From Planctomycetota bacterium (GTDB lineage: Bacteria > Planctomycetota > UBA1135 > UBA2386), in assembly GCA_965223545.1 (NCBI GenBank), contig OZ245006.1, positions 1,568,001-1,632,000 on the forward strand: a DNA stretch of 64,000 bases, read 5' to 3'. The stretch's first letter is position 1, and every line of letters begins with the position of its first letter. A program made the position numbers and the translations under genes. Under the pieces are notes generated by a model. It ran no database searches and was not told the DNA's origin. It saw nothing but the letters and a program-made list of their open reading frames with translations. Below are positions 18,799 through 28,303 of this stretch, one piece after another.

Positions 18799-19813
18799 CC
18801 GCGAGCTCGGCCAGAATCGCCGCATCGGCGGCGATGCCGGTCAGCGTCGGCACATCGATGGTCTGGCGTGCGTCGGTGTAGCTGTGCTGCGGAGAGGTGT
18901 GCGCTTCGATCAGCAGGCCGTGCGCGCCACACGCCAGCGCGGCGCGCGCCATCGGCCGCACGCGCTCGCGCACGCCGACGCCATGCGACGGATCGACCAG
19001 GATCGGCAGGTGGCTCAGCTGCCGCACCGCCGGGACGACATTGAGATCCAACGTGTTGCGCGCGTGGTCGGCGAAGGTCCGCACGCCGCGCTCGCACAGG
19101 ATCACCCGCGGGTTGCCGGCGGCCATCACGTACTCGGCAGCCATCAGCCACTCTTCCAGCGTGGCGGCGAGCCCCCGCTTGAGCAGCACCGGTCGATCCA
19201 CCGCCCCGAGCCGCTTCAGCAGCGAGGTGTTCTGCATGTTGCGCGCACCGACCTGCAACACATCCACACACTCGGCCATCGCCGCCACGGTGTCGGTGTC
19301 CATGACCTCGCTGACGACCGGCAGCCCGACCTGCTCGCGCACCCGGCGCAGCGTCACCAGCGCCTCTTGCCCCAGCCCCTGGAAGGCATACGGGCTGGTA
19401 CGCGGCTTGAACGCCCCGGCGCGGAACATCACGGCGCCGGCGTCGCGCGCCGCGGCGGCGACCGCCAGGGTGCGCGCCTCGGTCTCCACCGAGCACGGCC
19501 CCGCGATCAACACGGGGGTGCGGCCGCCGATCTCGACCACGCCGCCGGCCGGCGTCGGCACCCGGACCACGGTGTCTTCCGGTTGGACCTCGCGACTGAC
19601 GAGCTTGTAGGCGCGAGTCACTGGAATGCACTCGAGCACACCGGGCAGCCCCACCAACGTCGACGGGTCGACCGGCCCCGAGTTGCCGGTGACGCAGATC
19701 GCGGTGCGGTTCTCGCCCGGCACGGCGAGCGGCACGAAGCCGAGGCGTTCGACCGCGGCCTCGACGCGTTCACAATCGGCGACGGTGCTGTCGCGGTGCA
19801 TCAGGATCAACAT
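18755..19813 (-). CDS. aroF: 3-deoxy-7-phosphoheptulonate (DAHP) synthase, class I-beta
   Basis: IAGPCSVE, AFKPRTSPYAFQGLG, QVGARNMQN, LLKRG, LCERG, DPSH; N-terminal regulatory domain present. Confidence 0.96.
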   Translation of the reverse strand: MLILMHRDSTVADCERVEAAVERLGFVPLAVPGENRTAICVTGNSGPVDPSTLVGLPGVLECIPVTRAYKLVSREVQPEDTVVRVPTPAGGVVEIGGRTPVLIAGPCSVETEARTLAVAAAARDAGAVMFRAGAFKPRTSPYAFQGLGQEALVTLRRVREQVGLPVVSEVMDTDTVAAMAECVDVLQVGARNMQNTSLLKRLGAVDRPVLLKRGLAATLEEWLMAAEYVMAAGNPRVILCERGVRTFADHARNTLDLNVVPAVRQLSHLPILVDPSHGVGVRERVRPMARAALACGAHGLLIEAHTSPQHSYTDARQTIDVPTLTGIAADAAILAELAVSVPERPRSAARCG

Positions 19814-20646
19814 TCGGACCTCCTACTCTCGCCGGTAGTGCCGGCGGCTCGGGAAACGGAATCAGTGTGGGTCGCCGCCGCGGCGGCGAGGGCGCGGCAG
19901 CGCGACGCGAGGGCCTCGGGCAGCGCCGGCCGCGGCGTGCGCTCGATCAGCTGCGCCAAGTGGCTGCCGACCACCGCGATGCGTGCACCGGCGGCGAACG
20001 CGGCGGCCACCTGGGCAGCCGACGACAAGCCGAAGCCGACGCAGACCGGCACCGCGCTGGCCGCGCGCAGGGCGTCATCGGCCGGCGCCTCGCGCCGCGC
20101 TCCAGTGACCGCTTGCTGCGCCGCCAAGTAGACGAAGCCGCTCGCCGTCGCCGCCAGCGCCGCCCGCCGTGCCGCCGGCGTGCGCACCGACAACAGCGGC
20201 ACGTGGCCGAGGTCGGCCTCGCGACAGGCGCGCTGCAGCGGGATCGACTCCTCGAGCGGCACGTCGGGCACCAACAGCGAAGAGGCACCGGCAGCCGCCG
20301 CGTCGCGGCAGAAAGCGTCGAGCCCGCGCGCGTGCACCAGGTTGGCGTAGACCAGGAGGTTGAGCGGCGTCCGCGGCAGCGCGGCGCGCAGCGCCGCCAG
20401 CTGTGCGAGCGCCGCGTCGGTCGACGTGCCAGCTGCCAGCGCGCGCTGCGCGGCACGCTGGATGGCGACCCCGTCGGCGCACGGATCGGAGTACGCAATG
20501 CCCAGCTCGAGCATGGTGGCGCCGGCTTTGACCGCGCCCACCGCGAGCTCGTGCGAGATGGCTGGCTCGGGATCGCCGATCACGAAGAACGCGGCAAAGT
20601 GCGGCCGTGGCTCGGCCAGGGATTGCTGCAAGACGCGCAGAGTCAT
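19807..20646 (-). CDS. trpA: Tryptophan synthase alpha chain
   Basis: [48 protein letters not shown]. Confidence 0.95.
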   Translation of the reverse strand: MTLRVLQQSLAEPRPHFAAFFVIGDPEPAISHELAVGAVKAGATMLELGIAYSDPCADGVAIQRAAQRALAAGTSTDAALAQLAALRAALPRTPLNLLVYANLVHARGLDAFCRDAAAAGASSLLVPDVPLEESIPLQRACREADLGHVPLLSVRTPAARRAALAATASGFVYLAAQQAVTGARREAPADDALRAASAVPVCVGFGLSSAAQVAAAFAAGARIAVVGSHLAQLIERTPRPALPEALASRCRALAAAAATHTDSVSRAAGTTGESRRSEC

Positions 20647-21872
20647 GCTGGGCCCCCATCGACGGCCGCCGTCGGGGCGCCGCGACCGACCGCGGCAACC
20701 CGATCGAGATCTTTGTCGCCTCGCCCCGACAAGCACAAGACCACGCACGCGCCAGAGGGCAGCAGGCTGCGGCGGACAGCAGAGAGAGCTACCGCCACCG
20801 CGTGCGCGGATTCCAACGCCGGCACGATGCCTTCGAGCCTCGCCAGTGCTCGAAAGGCGTCGCTCGCCTCGTCGTCGGTCGCGGTGACGTAGCGCGCCCG
20901 GCCGGTGTCGCGCAGCTGCGCGTGCTCCGGACCGACCGCCGGGTAGTCGAGACCCGCCGCGATGCTGTGGCTCGCCTTGACTTGCCCATCCGCCTGCTGC
21001 AGCACCAGGGTGCGCGCGCCGTGCAGGATGCCGGGCACACCGGCGGCCAGCGGCGCGCCATGTGCGCCGGAGTCGAGCCCGCGGCCGGCGGGCTCGACCC
21101 CGATCAGCTGCACCCCCGTATCGAAGAACTCGCGGAACAGCCCGATCGCGTTGGAGCCGCCCCCGACACACGCGATCGCGGCATCGGGCAAGCCGCCGAG
21201 CGCCGCCCGGCACTGGGCGCGGGCCTCGCGGCCGATGACCGCCTGCAGATCACCGACGAGCGCGGGATAGGGATCCGGGCCACAGACCGTGCCGAGCACG
21301 TAGTGCGTGTCATCGATCCGCGCGACCCAGTCGCGCAGCGCCTCGTTGATCGCGTCCTTCAGGGTGGCGGAGCCGCTGTCGATGCCGACGACGTCGGCGC
21401 CGCACAACCGCATGCGGTCGACGTTCGCCGCCTGACGGCGCACGTCGCGCGCGCCCATGTAGACCGTGACCTCCATCCCCAGCCGCGCGCCGACCATCGC
21501 GGTGGCGACACCGTGCTGGCCGGCGCCGGTCTCGGCGACCAACCGGCGCTTGCCCATGGCCTGCGCCAGCAGGGCCTGGCCGACGACATTGTTGGTCTTG
21601 TGCGCGCCGCCGTGCAGCAGGTCCTCGCGCTTGAGCCAGACCTGCAGGCCGCATTCCCTCGATAGCCGCGGCGCAGCGGTCAGCGGCGTCGGGCGCCCCG
21701 CCCAACTCCGCAGCTCGCGGCGCAACCGACGGCGGAACGCGGGCGAGGGCAGCACGGTCTGGCGCGCGGCCTCGAGCTCTTGCAGGGCCGGCATCAACAG
21801 CTCCGAGACGAACCGTCCGCCGTACTCACCGAACGCGCCACACACCGGCGCTTCGCGACAGGGTTGCTTCAC
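20643..21872 (-). CDS. trpB: Tryptophan synthase beta chain
   Basis: [29 protein letters not shown] (PLP Lys), [43 protein letters not shown]. Confidence 0.97.
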   Translation of the reverse strand: MKQPCREAPVCGAFGEYGGRFVSELLMPALQELEAARQTVLPSPAFRRRLRRELRSWAGRPTPLTAAPRLSRECGLQVWLKREDLLHGGAHKTNNVVGQALLAQAMGKRRLVAETGAGQHGVATAMVGARLGMEVTVYMGARDVRRQAANVDRMRLCGADVVGIDSGSATLKDAINEALRDWVARIDDTHYVLGTVCGPDPYPALVGDLQAVIGREARAQCRAALGGLPDAAIACVGGGSNAIGLFREFFDTGVQLIGVEPAGRGLDSGAHGAPLAAGVPGILHGARTLVLQQADGQVKASHSIAAGLDYPAVGPEHAQLRDTGRARYVTATDDEASDAFRALARLEGIVPALESAHAVAVALSAVRRSLLPSGACVVLCLSGRGDKDLDRVAAVGRGAPTAAVDGGPA

Positions 21873-21873
21873 T

Positions 21874-22488
21874 TCACCGCTCCTCGACTCCGACCACGGC
21901 GAACAGCCGCCGCAGGGCATCCGCGTCCTTGACCCCGGGCGCACACTCCACGCCACTCGACAGGTCGATGCCAAAGGGTCGATAGCGCAGCAGGCCTTTG
22001 ACGTTGGTCGCATCGATGCCCCCGGCGATCCACACCCCGCGCGGCGCGCGCGGTGCGAGCATCTGCCAATCGAACACCCGACCGCCGCCGCCGGCGCCGC
22101 GGTCGAGGAGCACGGACCCATCGCCACCAGGGGGCGGCGCGATCGGCGGCAGGTGCCGCTGGCCGGCGACGACCTCCACCGCGGTGGTCACGGCCAAGCC
22201 GTCGCCCCGCAACGTCTCGGCGAGGCCAGTCGCGGCCCGGTGCAGCTGGACGTGCCCGACGCCGGTGTCCTCGCAGGCCCGGCGCACGGAATCGATCACC
22301 GGCCGGCGGAACACCAGGACGACGTCGACCGCGCCGACGACCGCGCGGGACACGGCGCGCACCTGCTGGGTGGTCGCACGCCGCGGCGAGTCCTCCGCCA
22401 GCACGCAGCCGATACGACGCGCGCCGAGCCGAGCAGCCAGCTCCGCATCTCGCGCCCGCCGCACGCCGCAGATCTTGACGACAGTCAC
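21874..22488 (-). CDS. trpF: Phosphoribosylanthranilate isomerase
   Basis: VKICG, SPR, VQLH, LLD..GGG.VFDW, AGGI...[16 protein letters not shown]. Confidence 0.95.
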   Translation of the reverse strand: MTVVKICGVRRARDAELAARLGARRIGCVLAEDSPRRATTQQVRAVSRAVVGAVDVVLVFRRPVIDSVRRACEDTGVGHVQLHRAATGLAETLRGDGLAVTTAVEVVAGQRHLPPIAPPPGGDGSVLLDRGAGGGGRVFDWQMLAPRAPRGVWIAGGIDATNVKGLLRYRPFGIDLSSGVECAPGVKDADALRRLFAVVGVEER

Positions 22489-23252
22489 TGCGCACCCTCC
22501 GACAAGAGGTCGCCGCGACGGCGCATCAGCGCGGTGCCGACCAGGACCCCATCCGCAATGCCCAGCAGCCCGTCCAGCTGGCGCCGCTCGCTGTAGCCGC
22601 TCTCGGCGACGCGCAGTCGTCCGTGCGGCACCGCGCGCAGCAACCGGGGCGCAACCGAAAGATCGACGCCGAGGGTCTCCAAGTCACGGTTGTTGGCGCC
22701 GATGATCGCTCCCTCGATCGCCAGGGCGGCTTCCAGCTCGGCCTCGGTGTGACACTCGACCAAGGCGGCGACGCCGCAGGCGGCACAGGCGGCGCCGAGC
22801 TCTTCGAGCAACACGCCGTCGACGCAGCGCACCAACAGCAGCACCGCGGCGGCACCCAGCTGTGCCGCCCGTTCGACCTGCCGCGGCGACATGACGAAGT
22901 CCTTCATCAAAACCGGCAGCGAGCAGGCCGCCACCGCCGCGGCGAGGTCGGCCTCATTGCCGCCGAACCGGGTCGGCTCGGTCAGCACGCTCACCGCGGC
23001 GGCCCCGCCGCGCTCGTAATCGCGCACGACCGCGGCGACGTCGGCGTCGAGCGCGATCGCGCCCCGACTCGGACTGCGGCGCTTGAATTCGGCGATCAGC
23101 GCGACACCCTCGGCGCCGCGCAGCGCGGCCGCGAACGCCCCTGGCGCGGTCTCCGCCCTCGCCGCGGGCGACGCCTCGGCGCCGGCCACAACGGGATCGA
23201 GCGCGGCAGCCCGGTGCCGCGCCGCGGCGACGATCTCGGCGAGGACCGTCAT
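22485..23252 (-). CDS. trpC: Indole-3-glycerol phosphate synthase
   Basis: LIAEFKRRSPSRG, AVSVLTE..FGG, PVLMKDF, LVECH, GANNRDL, VAESG, LVGTALM. Confidence 0.96.
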   Translation of the reverse strand: MTVLAEIVAAARHRAAALDPVVAGAEASPAARAETAPGAFAAALRGAEGVALIAEFKRRSPSRGAIALDADVAAVVRDYERGGAAAVSVLTEPTRFGGNEADLAAAVAACSLPVLMKDFVMSPRQVERAAQLGAAAVLLLVRCVDGVLLEELGAACAACGVAALVECHTEAELEAALAIEGAIIGANNRDLETLGVDLSVAPRLLRAVPHGRLRVAESGYSERRQLDGLLGIADGVLVGTALMRRRGDLLSEGAQ

Positions 23253-24277
23253 CCGACCGCCCTCGTCGCCGCGCGCGCACCACACTCCACGTAGCGTTCG
23301 AGCACGGCCAGAGCCGCGCCACCGGCCAGCAGCGCCCGCGCGCGCTCGACCCCGGCCAGCAGATCGCCGGCCAAACCAGCGAGCTCCAGTGCCGCACCAG
23401 CGTTGAGGGCCACCGCATCGGCGCACGGCCCGACCTCGCCCGCCAGCACGGCGCGCAGCACCGCCGCGTTGTGCGCGGCATCCCCGCCGCGCAGCGCCGC
23501 CAGCGGCGCGCGCGCCAGCCCCAGCTCGCGGGGTTCGCAGGCAAAGGCCTCGATGGCCCCGGCGCGCAACCGGTGTCCACGGCTCACCGCGTGCAGGCCG
23601 AGCTCGTCGAGACCATCGCAGTGCACGACCAGGGCGTCGCGCGCGCCGAGCTCGGCCAGCGCTTCGCACATCGGACGGGTGACGGCGGGGTCGTAGACGC
23701 CGACCAACTGGTGCTCGGCAAGGGCGGGGTTGGCCAGCGGCCCGAGCAAGTTGAACAGGGTGCGCACGCCCAAGCCGCGCCGCACGGGAGCGACCTGGGC
23801 CATCGCCGGGTGGTAGGCGGGCGCGAACAAGAAGACGAACCCGCACGCATCGAGCACCGCACTCGCAGCGCGCGCATCCAGCTGCAGGCAGCCACCGAGC
23901 GCCTCGATGACGTCGGCGCTGCCGACCGGCGAGGAGACCCCGCGGTTGCCGTGCTTGGCCACCGCGGCGCCGCCGGCCGCCACGACGAGCGCCGCCGCGG
24001 TCGACACGTTGAAGCTGCCCGCGCCGTCGCCACCGGTGCCGCAGGTGTCGACGACGGGGCGGACGTTGGCGTGCATCGCGACGCGGTGGGCACGCAAGAC
24101 GCGAGCACCCGCAGCCAGCAATGCACCGCTCGGTGGACGCATCGACAACGCGACCAGCAGACCCGCGACCGCGGCGGGGTCCGCCTCGCCGCGCATGATG
24201 GCGTGCATCGCCTCTTCGACGCGGTCCGGCGCGGGCTCGCGCCCGGCCTGCACTTGTTTGATCAGATCGGAAATCAT
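23249..24277 (-). CDS. trpD: Anthranilate phosphoribosyltransferase
   Basis: VDTCGTGGDG..FNVST, AKHGNR.VSS..GSAD, FAP.YHPAM, RTLFNLLGPLANP, GLDE. Confidence 0.97.
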   Translation of the reverse strand: MISDLIKQVQAGREPAPDRVEEAMHAIMRGEADPAAVAGLLVALSMRPPSGALLAAGARVLRAHRVAMHANVRPVVDTCGTGGDGAGSFNVSTAAALVVAAGGAAVAKHGNRGVSSPVGSADVIEALGGCLQLDARAASAVLDACGFVFLFAPAYHPAMAQVAPVRRGLGVRTLFNLLGPLANPALAEHQLVGVYDPAVTRPMCEALAELGARDALVVHCDGLDELGLHAVSRGHRLRAGAIEAFACEPRELGLARAPLAALRGGDAAHNAAVLRAVLAGEVGPCADAVALNAGAALELAGLAGDLLAGVERARALLAGGAALAVLERYVECGARAATRAVG

Positions 24278-24304
24278 CTCGGCTCCTTGGTTGACTCGGT
24301 GACG

Positions 24305-24925
24305 TCAGGCGGTCGCGCGTACGACACCGCGCGCGTGGTTGAGAACTCCGTCGAGCAGGGCGGCGCCGTGCGGCGTCAGCACCGACTCGGGATGGAACTG
24401 CAGGCCGAGCTGCGGCAACGTCCGGTGCCGCATGGCCATGACCTCGCCGTCGACCGTGCGGGCGACGACCTCGCAAGCTGCCGGCACGTCGGTGACCACC
24501 AGGCTGTGGTAGCGCGCGACGGTCAGCGATGCCGGCAACCCGGCGAGGCGCGGGTCGGCGACGCATTCGACCAAAGACGCGACGCCGTGGACCGGAGCCG
24601 CTGCCCGCGCAACTCGGCCGCCGTGCGCGACGGCCAACGCTTGATGCCCGAGACAGACGCCCAGCACCGGCACTGCCGGGCGCGACGCCAACCAGGGCAG
24701 CGTCACGCCGGTGTCCTGCGGCCGGCCGGGGCCCGGCGACAGCACGACCAGGTGTGGCCGGTCCGCGGCCAAGCGGTCCTGCAGTACGGCGAGCGGCAGG
24801 TCGCAGCGATACACGCGGGTGGCCGCACCACACCGCGCGAGCTGGTCGGCCAACAAGAAGACGAAGCTGTCGCGATGGTCGATCAGCACCACCCGCGTCC
24901 GCGGCGATCGAGGGCCTGCGCTCAT
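24305..24925 (-). CDS. trpG: Anthranilate synthase component II (glutamine amidotransferase)
   Basis: LIDHRDSF, LSPGPG.P, GVCLGHQ, ARYHSL, GLQFHPES. Confidence 0.95.
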   Translation of the reverse strand: MSAGPRSPRTRVVLIDHRDSFVFLLADQLARCGAATRVYRCDLPLAVLQDRLAADRPHLVVLSPGPGRPQDTGVTLPWLASRPAVPVLGVCLGHQALAVAHGGRVARAAAPVHGVASLVECVADPRLAGLPASLTVARYHSLVVTDVPAACEVVARTVDGEVMAMRHRTLPQLGLQFHPESVLTPHGAALLDGVLNHARGVVRATA

Positions 24926-26538
24926 CGTGCGACCTCCGCCCCGCAGCCAACATCGGAGAGCGCCTCGGCTGCCGCCACCGCTTGCACACACGCACGCATC
25001 TTGTGCGCCGTCTCGGCCAGCTCGCGCTCCGGCTCGCTGAGCCAGACCACGCCGGCCCCGGCGCGCACGTGGTAGACCCCACCGCCGCCCGCCGCGCCCA
25101 CGACGTAGCGCAGGGCCCGGATGGTGATGCAGGTGTCGAGCGAGCCGTCCTGCAGCAGGTAGCCAACCGCACCGCCGTAGAAGCCGCGCGCCTGCGGCTC
25201 CAAGGCGCGGATCAGCTCGAGCGCGCGCAGCTTCGGCGCGCCGGTGAGCGTGCCGGCGTTGGCCAGCGCGCGGTAGGCGTGCAGCGCGTCCAGGCCCGGC
25301 CGCAGCACACCCTGCACACGACTCACCAGGTGCTGGACGTGACGGTAGCGCACTACGCGCAGCTGCTCGACCACGCGGGTCGAGCCAGCTACCGACACGC
25401 GCGCGATGTCGTTGCGCGCCAGGTCGAGCAGCATGCAATGCTCGGCGAGCTCCTTGCGATCGAGCTGTAGGGCGAGCGCCAGCCGGGCATCGAGATCGGG
25501 ATCCACCTCGCCGCTCGGAGCCGCGCCTGGGCGCCGCCCCCGCGGGGCGGTGCCGGCGATCGGCATCGTCTCGACCACGCCGCCACCGACCTTCAAGAAC
25601 GTCTCCGGCGAAGCACCCATCAGCACCCCGCGCGGCAGCTCGAGATAGAACTGGTAGGGAGACGGGTTGTCGGCCCGCAGGGCGCTGTACACCGCCAGCG
25701 GCGCGGCGGCGCTGGGGAGTGCCCGCGCGCGCGACAGCACCGTTTGGAACACGTCGCCGTCGGCGATGTGCGCCCGCACGGTCTCGACGGCGGCGCAGAA
25801 CGCATCGTCGACGTCGGTGCCCAGCGGCGCCCGGCCGACGACCGGCGGGGTCGCGCACGTTCCGGACGCCGCCACTCGCCTCAGCTGCTCCACCTGCCGC
25901 GCGTGCCGCGCCCGCACCGCCGACCGGGCCTGCCACGGCAACCCGCGCGTCACCACGACCGCGCGGCGCTCGAGCGGCTCGAACACGATCATGTCACCGG
26001 CCAGCACGAAGCTCGCGTCCGGCTCGTCGAGGGGGTCGTGCGACCGGGGAGGCAGAGTCTCGAACCGGTCGACGAGGTCGTGCGCGAACGCCCCGAACAA
26101 CCCCGGCGCCATCGGCACGCGGGATCCCACCGGATCGGCCACCGCCCCGGCCACGACGCGCAACCCGTCGAGTGCGCCCGGCGCGCGCAAGCGCGCATCG
26201 TCGTCGAGCCCCGTCCCGGCATTCGCCATCGGGCGCGCGCACCGGGCGAGCTGCCCGCGCAGACCGTCAACCAGCGGCCCCGTGTCATCGGCGAGCGGCT
26301 CGACCTCGACGCGGCCATCGCGCAGCTGCACGCGCAGCCAGGGCCGCGTCACCAGAATCGAACGCGGCGGCGCGCCGGCCTCGGCGGCATCGGAGCTCTC
26401 GAGCAGGACGCGGCCCGCGCCACTGCCGCCGGCAGCGGCGCTGAGCAGCGCCACCGCGGCTTCGGGGGGCACGCCCTGAACGACCCGCACGAGGGGAGCG
26501 GCGACGAAGAGTGGCGTCGTGATCAGTCTTCGGAACAT
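24922..26538 (-). CDS. trpE: Anthranilate synthase component I
   Basis: LLES (Trp feedback motif), GDVFQTVLSR, NPSPY, GASPE, PIAGT, KELAEH.MLLDLARND, VQHLVS, GTLTGAPK.RA, RGFYGG. Confidence 0.96.
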   Translation of the reverse strand: MFRRLITTPLFVAAPLVRVVQGVPPEAAVALLSAAAGGSGAGRVLLESSDAAEAGAPPRSILVTRPWLRVQLRDGRVEVEPLADDTGPLVDGLRGQLARCARPMANAGTGLDDDARLRAPGALDGLRVVAGAVADPVGSRVPMAPGLFGAFAHDLVDRFETLPPRSHDPLDEPDASFVLAGDMIVFEPLERRAVVVTRGLPWQARSAVRARHARQVEQLRRVAASGTCATPPVVGRAPLGTDVDDAFCAAVETVRAHIADGDVFQTVLSRARALPSAAAPLAVYSALRADNPSPYQFYLELPRGVLMGASPETFLKVGGGVVETMPIAGTAPRGRRPGAAPSGEVDPDLDARLALALQLDRKELAEHCMLLDLARNDIARVSVAGSTRVVEQLRVVRYRHVQHLVSRVQGVLRPGLDALHAYRALANAGTLTGAPKLRALELIRALEPQARGFYGGAVGYLLQDGSLDTCITIRALRYVVGAAGGGGVYHVRAGAGVVWLSEPERELAETAHKMRACVQAVAAAEALSDVGCGAEVAR

Positions 26539-26614
26539 CGGTGTGCGCAAGGCACACCGCGCCGAAGGCAGCTCAGACCCACGCGGCCGAGGCACCCGGG
26601 CGCGGGATGCCTCG
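26539..26614 (-). promoter_or_regulatory. Hairpins in the trp leader (putative attenuator structures)
   Basis: On the - strand: 10-bp stem CGAGGCAUCC/GGGUGCCUCG (26614-26588, one G-U pair) and perfect 8-bp stem CGGUGUGC/GCACACCG (26559-26539) abutting the trpE AUG. Neither is followed by a U-tract. Confidence 0.6.
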
Positions 26615-26634
26615 TCGTGAGAAAGCGAAAAGCG

Positions 26635-26730
26635 CTAGGACGGCGGCAACCCGAAGGGTACGGACCACCACCAGCGCCAAGTGTGGGTGCGGGGGTGTTG
26701 GGTCGCGCCGTGCATGAGTCGAATACTCAT
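26635..26730 (-). CDS. trpL: trp operon leader peptide
   Basis: Manual translation MSIRLMHGATQHPRTHTWRWWWSVPFGLPPS*, with four TGG codons in five positions. Ends 96 nt before trpE. Alternative ATG at 26715. Confidence 0.88.
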   Translation of the reverse strand: MSIRLMHGATQHPRTHTWRWWWSVPFGLPPS

Positions 26731-26802
26731 AGAGCTCGATCGCCGGTTGGCAACCCCCGACCCGGATGTTTCCGGCGGCAGACTGGCACCGAGCGCTGCC
26801 CC

Positions 26803-28224
26803 TCAGCGCTCGCGCGCGTAGACCAGGAGCCCGCGGCGGGCCGCCGCTGCTTCTAGCTCATCGGGCAGCTCGACCACCCGATATCCCCGCGCGACGAAGT
26901 CCTCATGCGTCACGCCCGTCCGCCCGCGCACCGCGACGGCGAACCCGACTCCGGCCTGCTCGAACGCGCGCAGCACGTCGGCGCGCGTCAGCACCACGTT
27001 CGGCGCCGGCTCCTGCCCCGCGAAGTACTCGAGGCGCGGGATCATCTCGGTCGCGAGCTTCTGCCGCACTCCGAGTCGAGGCCGCAACCAAGCGCCCAGG
27101 TCGATCAAGACCCGCCGGTCCGCGCGCCGAGTCTGTGGAATCCGCGCCAGGTCACCGGCCACCGCGATGCAGACCAAGGCCGCCACGCCCCACCTCGGCA
27201 GTTGAGCAAGGCGCCGCGACAGCACTTGCCAACTCAAGCCGGCGAACACCAACAACAGGCAGCCGTAACCCGAGACGAAGCGAAAGTGACTCCTCAGCAA
27301 CGGGATCACCAGGACTTGCAGCCCCACGAGACCGACGACCAACACCATCGGAGCGCGCCCCACCCGCGATGCCGACAGCCACAGGCCGTGCAGGGCCATG
27401 GGCAACGCGACGTAGCCCACGACCTCGAACAGATCGCCGGGCACCTGGACCAAGTGCGCCAAGTAGTGACCGATCGCGGAGCCGCTGCGGCCAATGCCGA
27501 CCTCGTAGTTGAAGGCGATCTTCGGCGAGACGACGAAGCCGACTCCCCACCGCCAGTAGCCGAGCGAACACAGAAGCCCGACGGCCGCCGCGGCCAGCGT
27601 GGCGGCGAGCGCGATCCGACGCGCGCCGAGGACCCACAGCCACGGCACCCCCACCAGCACCAACGACGCCCCCTCGGGCCGCGTCGCGAACGCCAACCCC
27701 GCCAACACGCCGACGGCCGTGCCGCGCGCCGCACCACCCCGCGCCTCCCCCCGCACCCCGAGCATCAACCAAACCGCGGCAGCGACGAACAGGTAGAACG
27801 GGCCCTCGGACAGGCAGTCGGCGGGGTGCCGGGCAAACCAGATGCCCACCCCGTACAGCCCGCCGCAGCCGAGCGCGGCACGGCGGCCGAACAGCCGCTG
27901 GGCCGTGGCCGCGAGAGGCAGTACCGCCAGCGCCCCCAGCCCTGCCGACACGATCTGCCCGGCGACCACCGTGTCCAGCCCCGGTGCCGTCACCAACAAG
28001 GCCGCGATCAGCAGCGAGTACAACGGGTGGAACGCGGTCTCGAACGCCGCCGCGAACGACCCGGCCGCGACCTGGTCGGCGATCCACAAGTAGGCCGCCG
28101 CATCCCGCCCCGGGACCTCGGTGCCGTGCGCCACGATCGCTCGCACGACGACGGCGAAGGCCAACAGGGCCCCCGCGTCGCGCGGCCTGAGCCCGGGTCG
28201 TGAGTCGGCGGAACCCAGAGGCAT
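26803..28224 (-). CDS. GT-C fold membrane glycosyltransferase (ArnT/PMT-like)
   Basis: First-loop RDAAAYL, HPLYS, LSEGPF, TRPEG; 10 or more TM helices plus a short C-terminal soluble domain. Confidence 0.8.
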   Translation of the reverse strand: MPLGSADSRPGLRPRDAGALLAFAVVVRAIVAHGTEVPGRDAAAYLWIADQVAAGSFAAAFETAFHPLYSLLIAALLVTAPGLDTVVAGQIVSAGLGALAVLPLAATAQRLFGRRAALGCGGLYGVGIWFARHPADCLSEGPFYLFVAAAVWLMLGVRGEARGGAARGTAVGVLAGLAFATRPEGASLVLVGVPWLWVLGARRIALAATLAAAAVGLLCSLGYWRWGVGFVVSPKIAFNYEVGIGRSGSAIGHYLAHLVQVPGDLFEVVGYVALPMALHGLWLSASRVGRAPMVLVVGLVGLQVLVIPLLRSHFRFVSGYGCLLLVFAGLSWQVLSRRLAQLPRWGVAALVCIAVAGDLARIPQTRRADRRVLIDLGAWLRPRLGVRQKLATEMIPRLEYFAGQEPAPNVVLTRADVLRAFEQAGVGFAVAVRGRTGVTHEDFVARGYRVVELPDELEAAAARRGLLVYARER

Positions 28225-28303
28225 TCGGTTGCCCGACTCTAAGAGCAGGGACGCGGCCCCGCCGCCGCATTTCCAAAGGCGAGCCGCTCGCCCGGCCCGG
28301 CCG

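Noticed and set aside
22485..25936. Apparent 895-aa TrpC and 543-aa TrpG with long N-terminal extensions
   Set aside because: The extensions are off-frame reads of trpD/trpG/trpE. Real starts overlap the upstream stops at 23252 and 24925.
26560..26800. T-box riboswitch, TRAP site or TrpR operator upstream of trpE
   Set aside because: No T-box consensus, (G/U)AG repeat series or TrpR box seen; the leader peptide explains the region.
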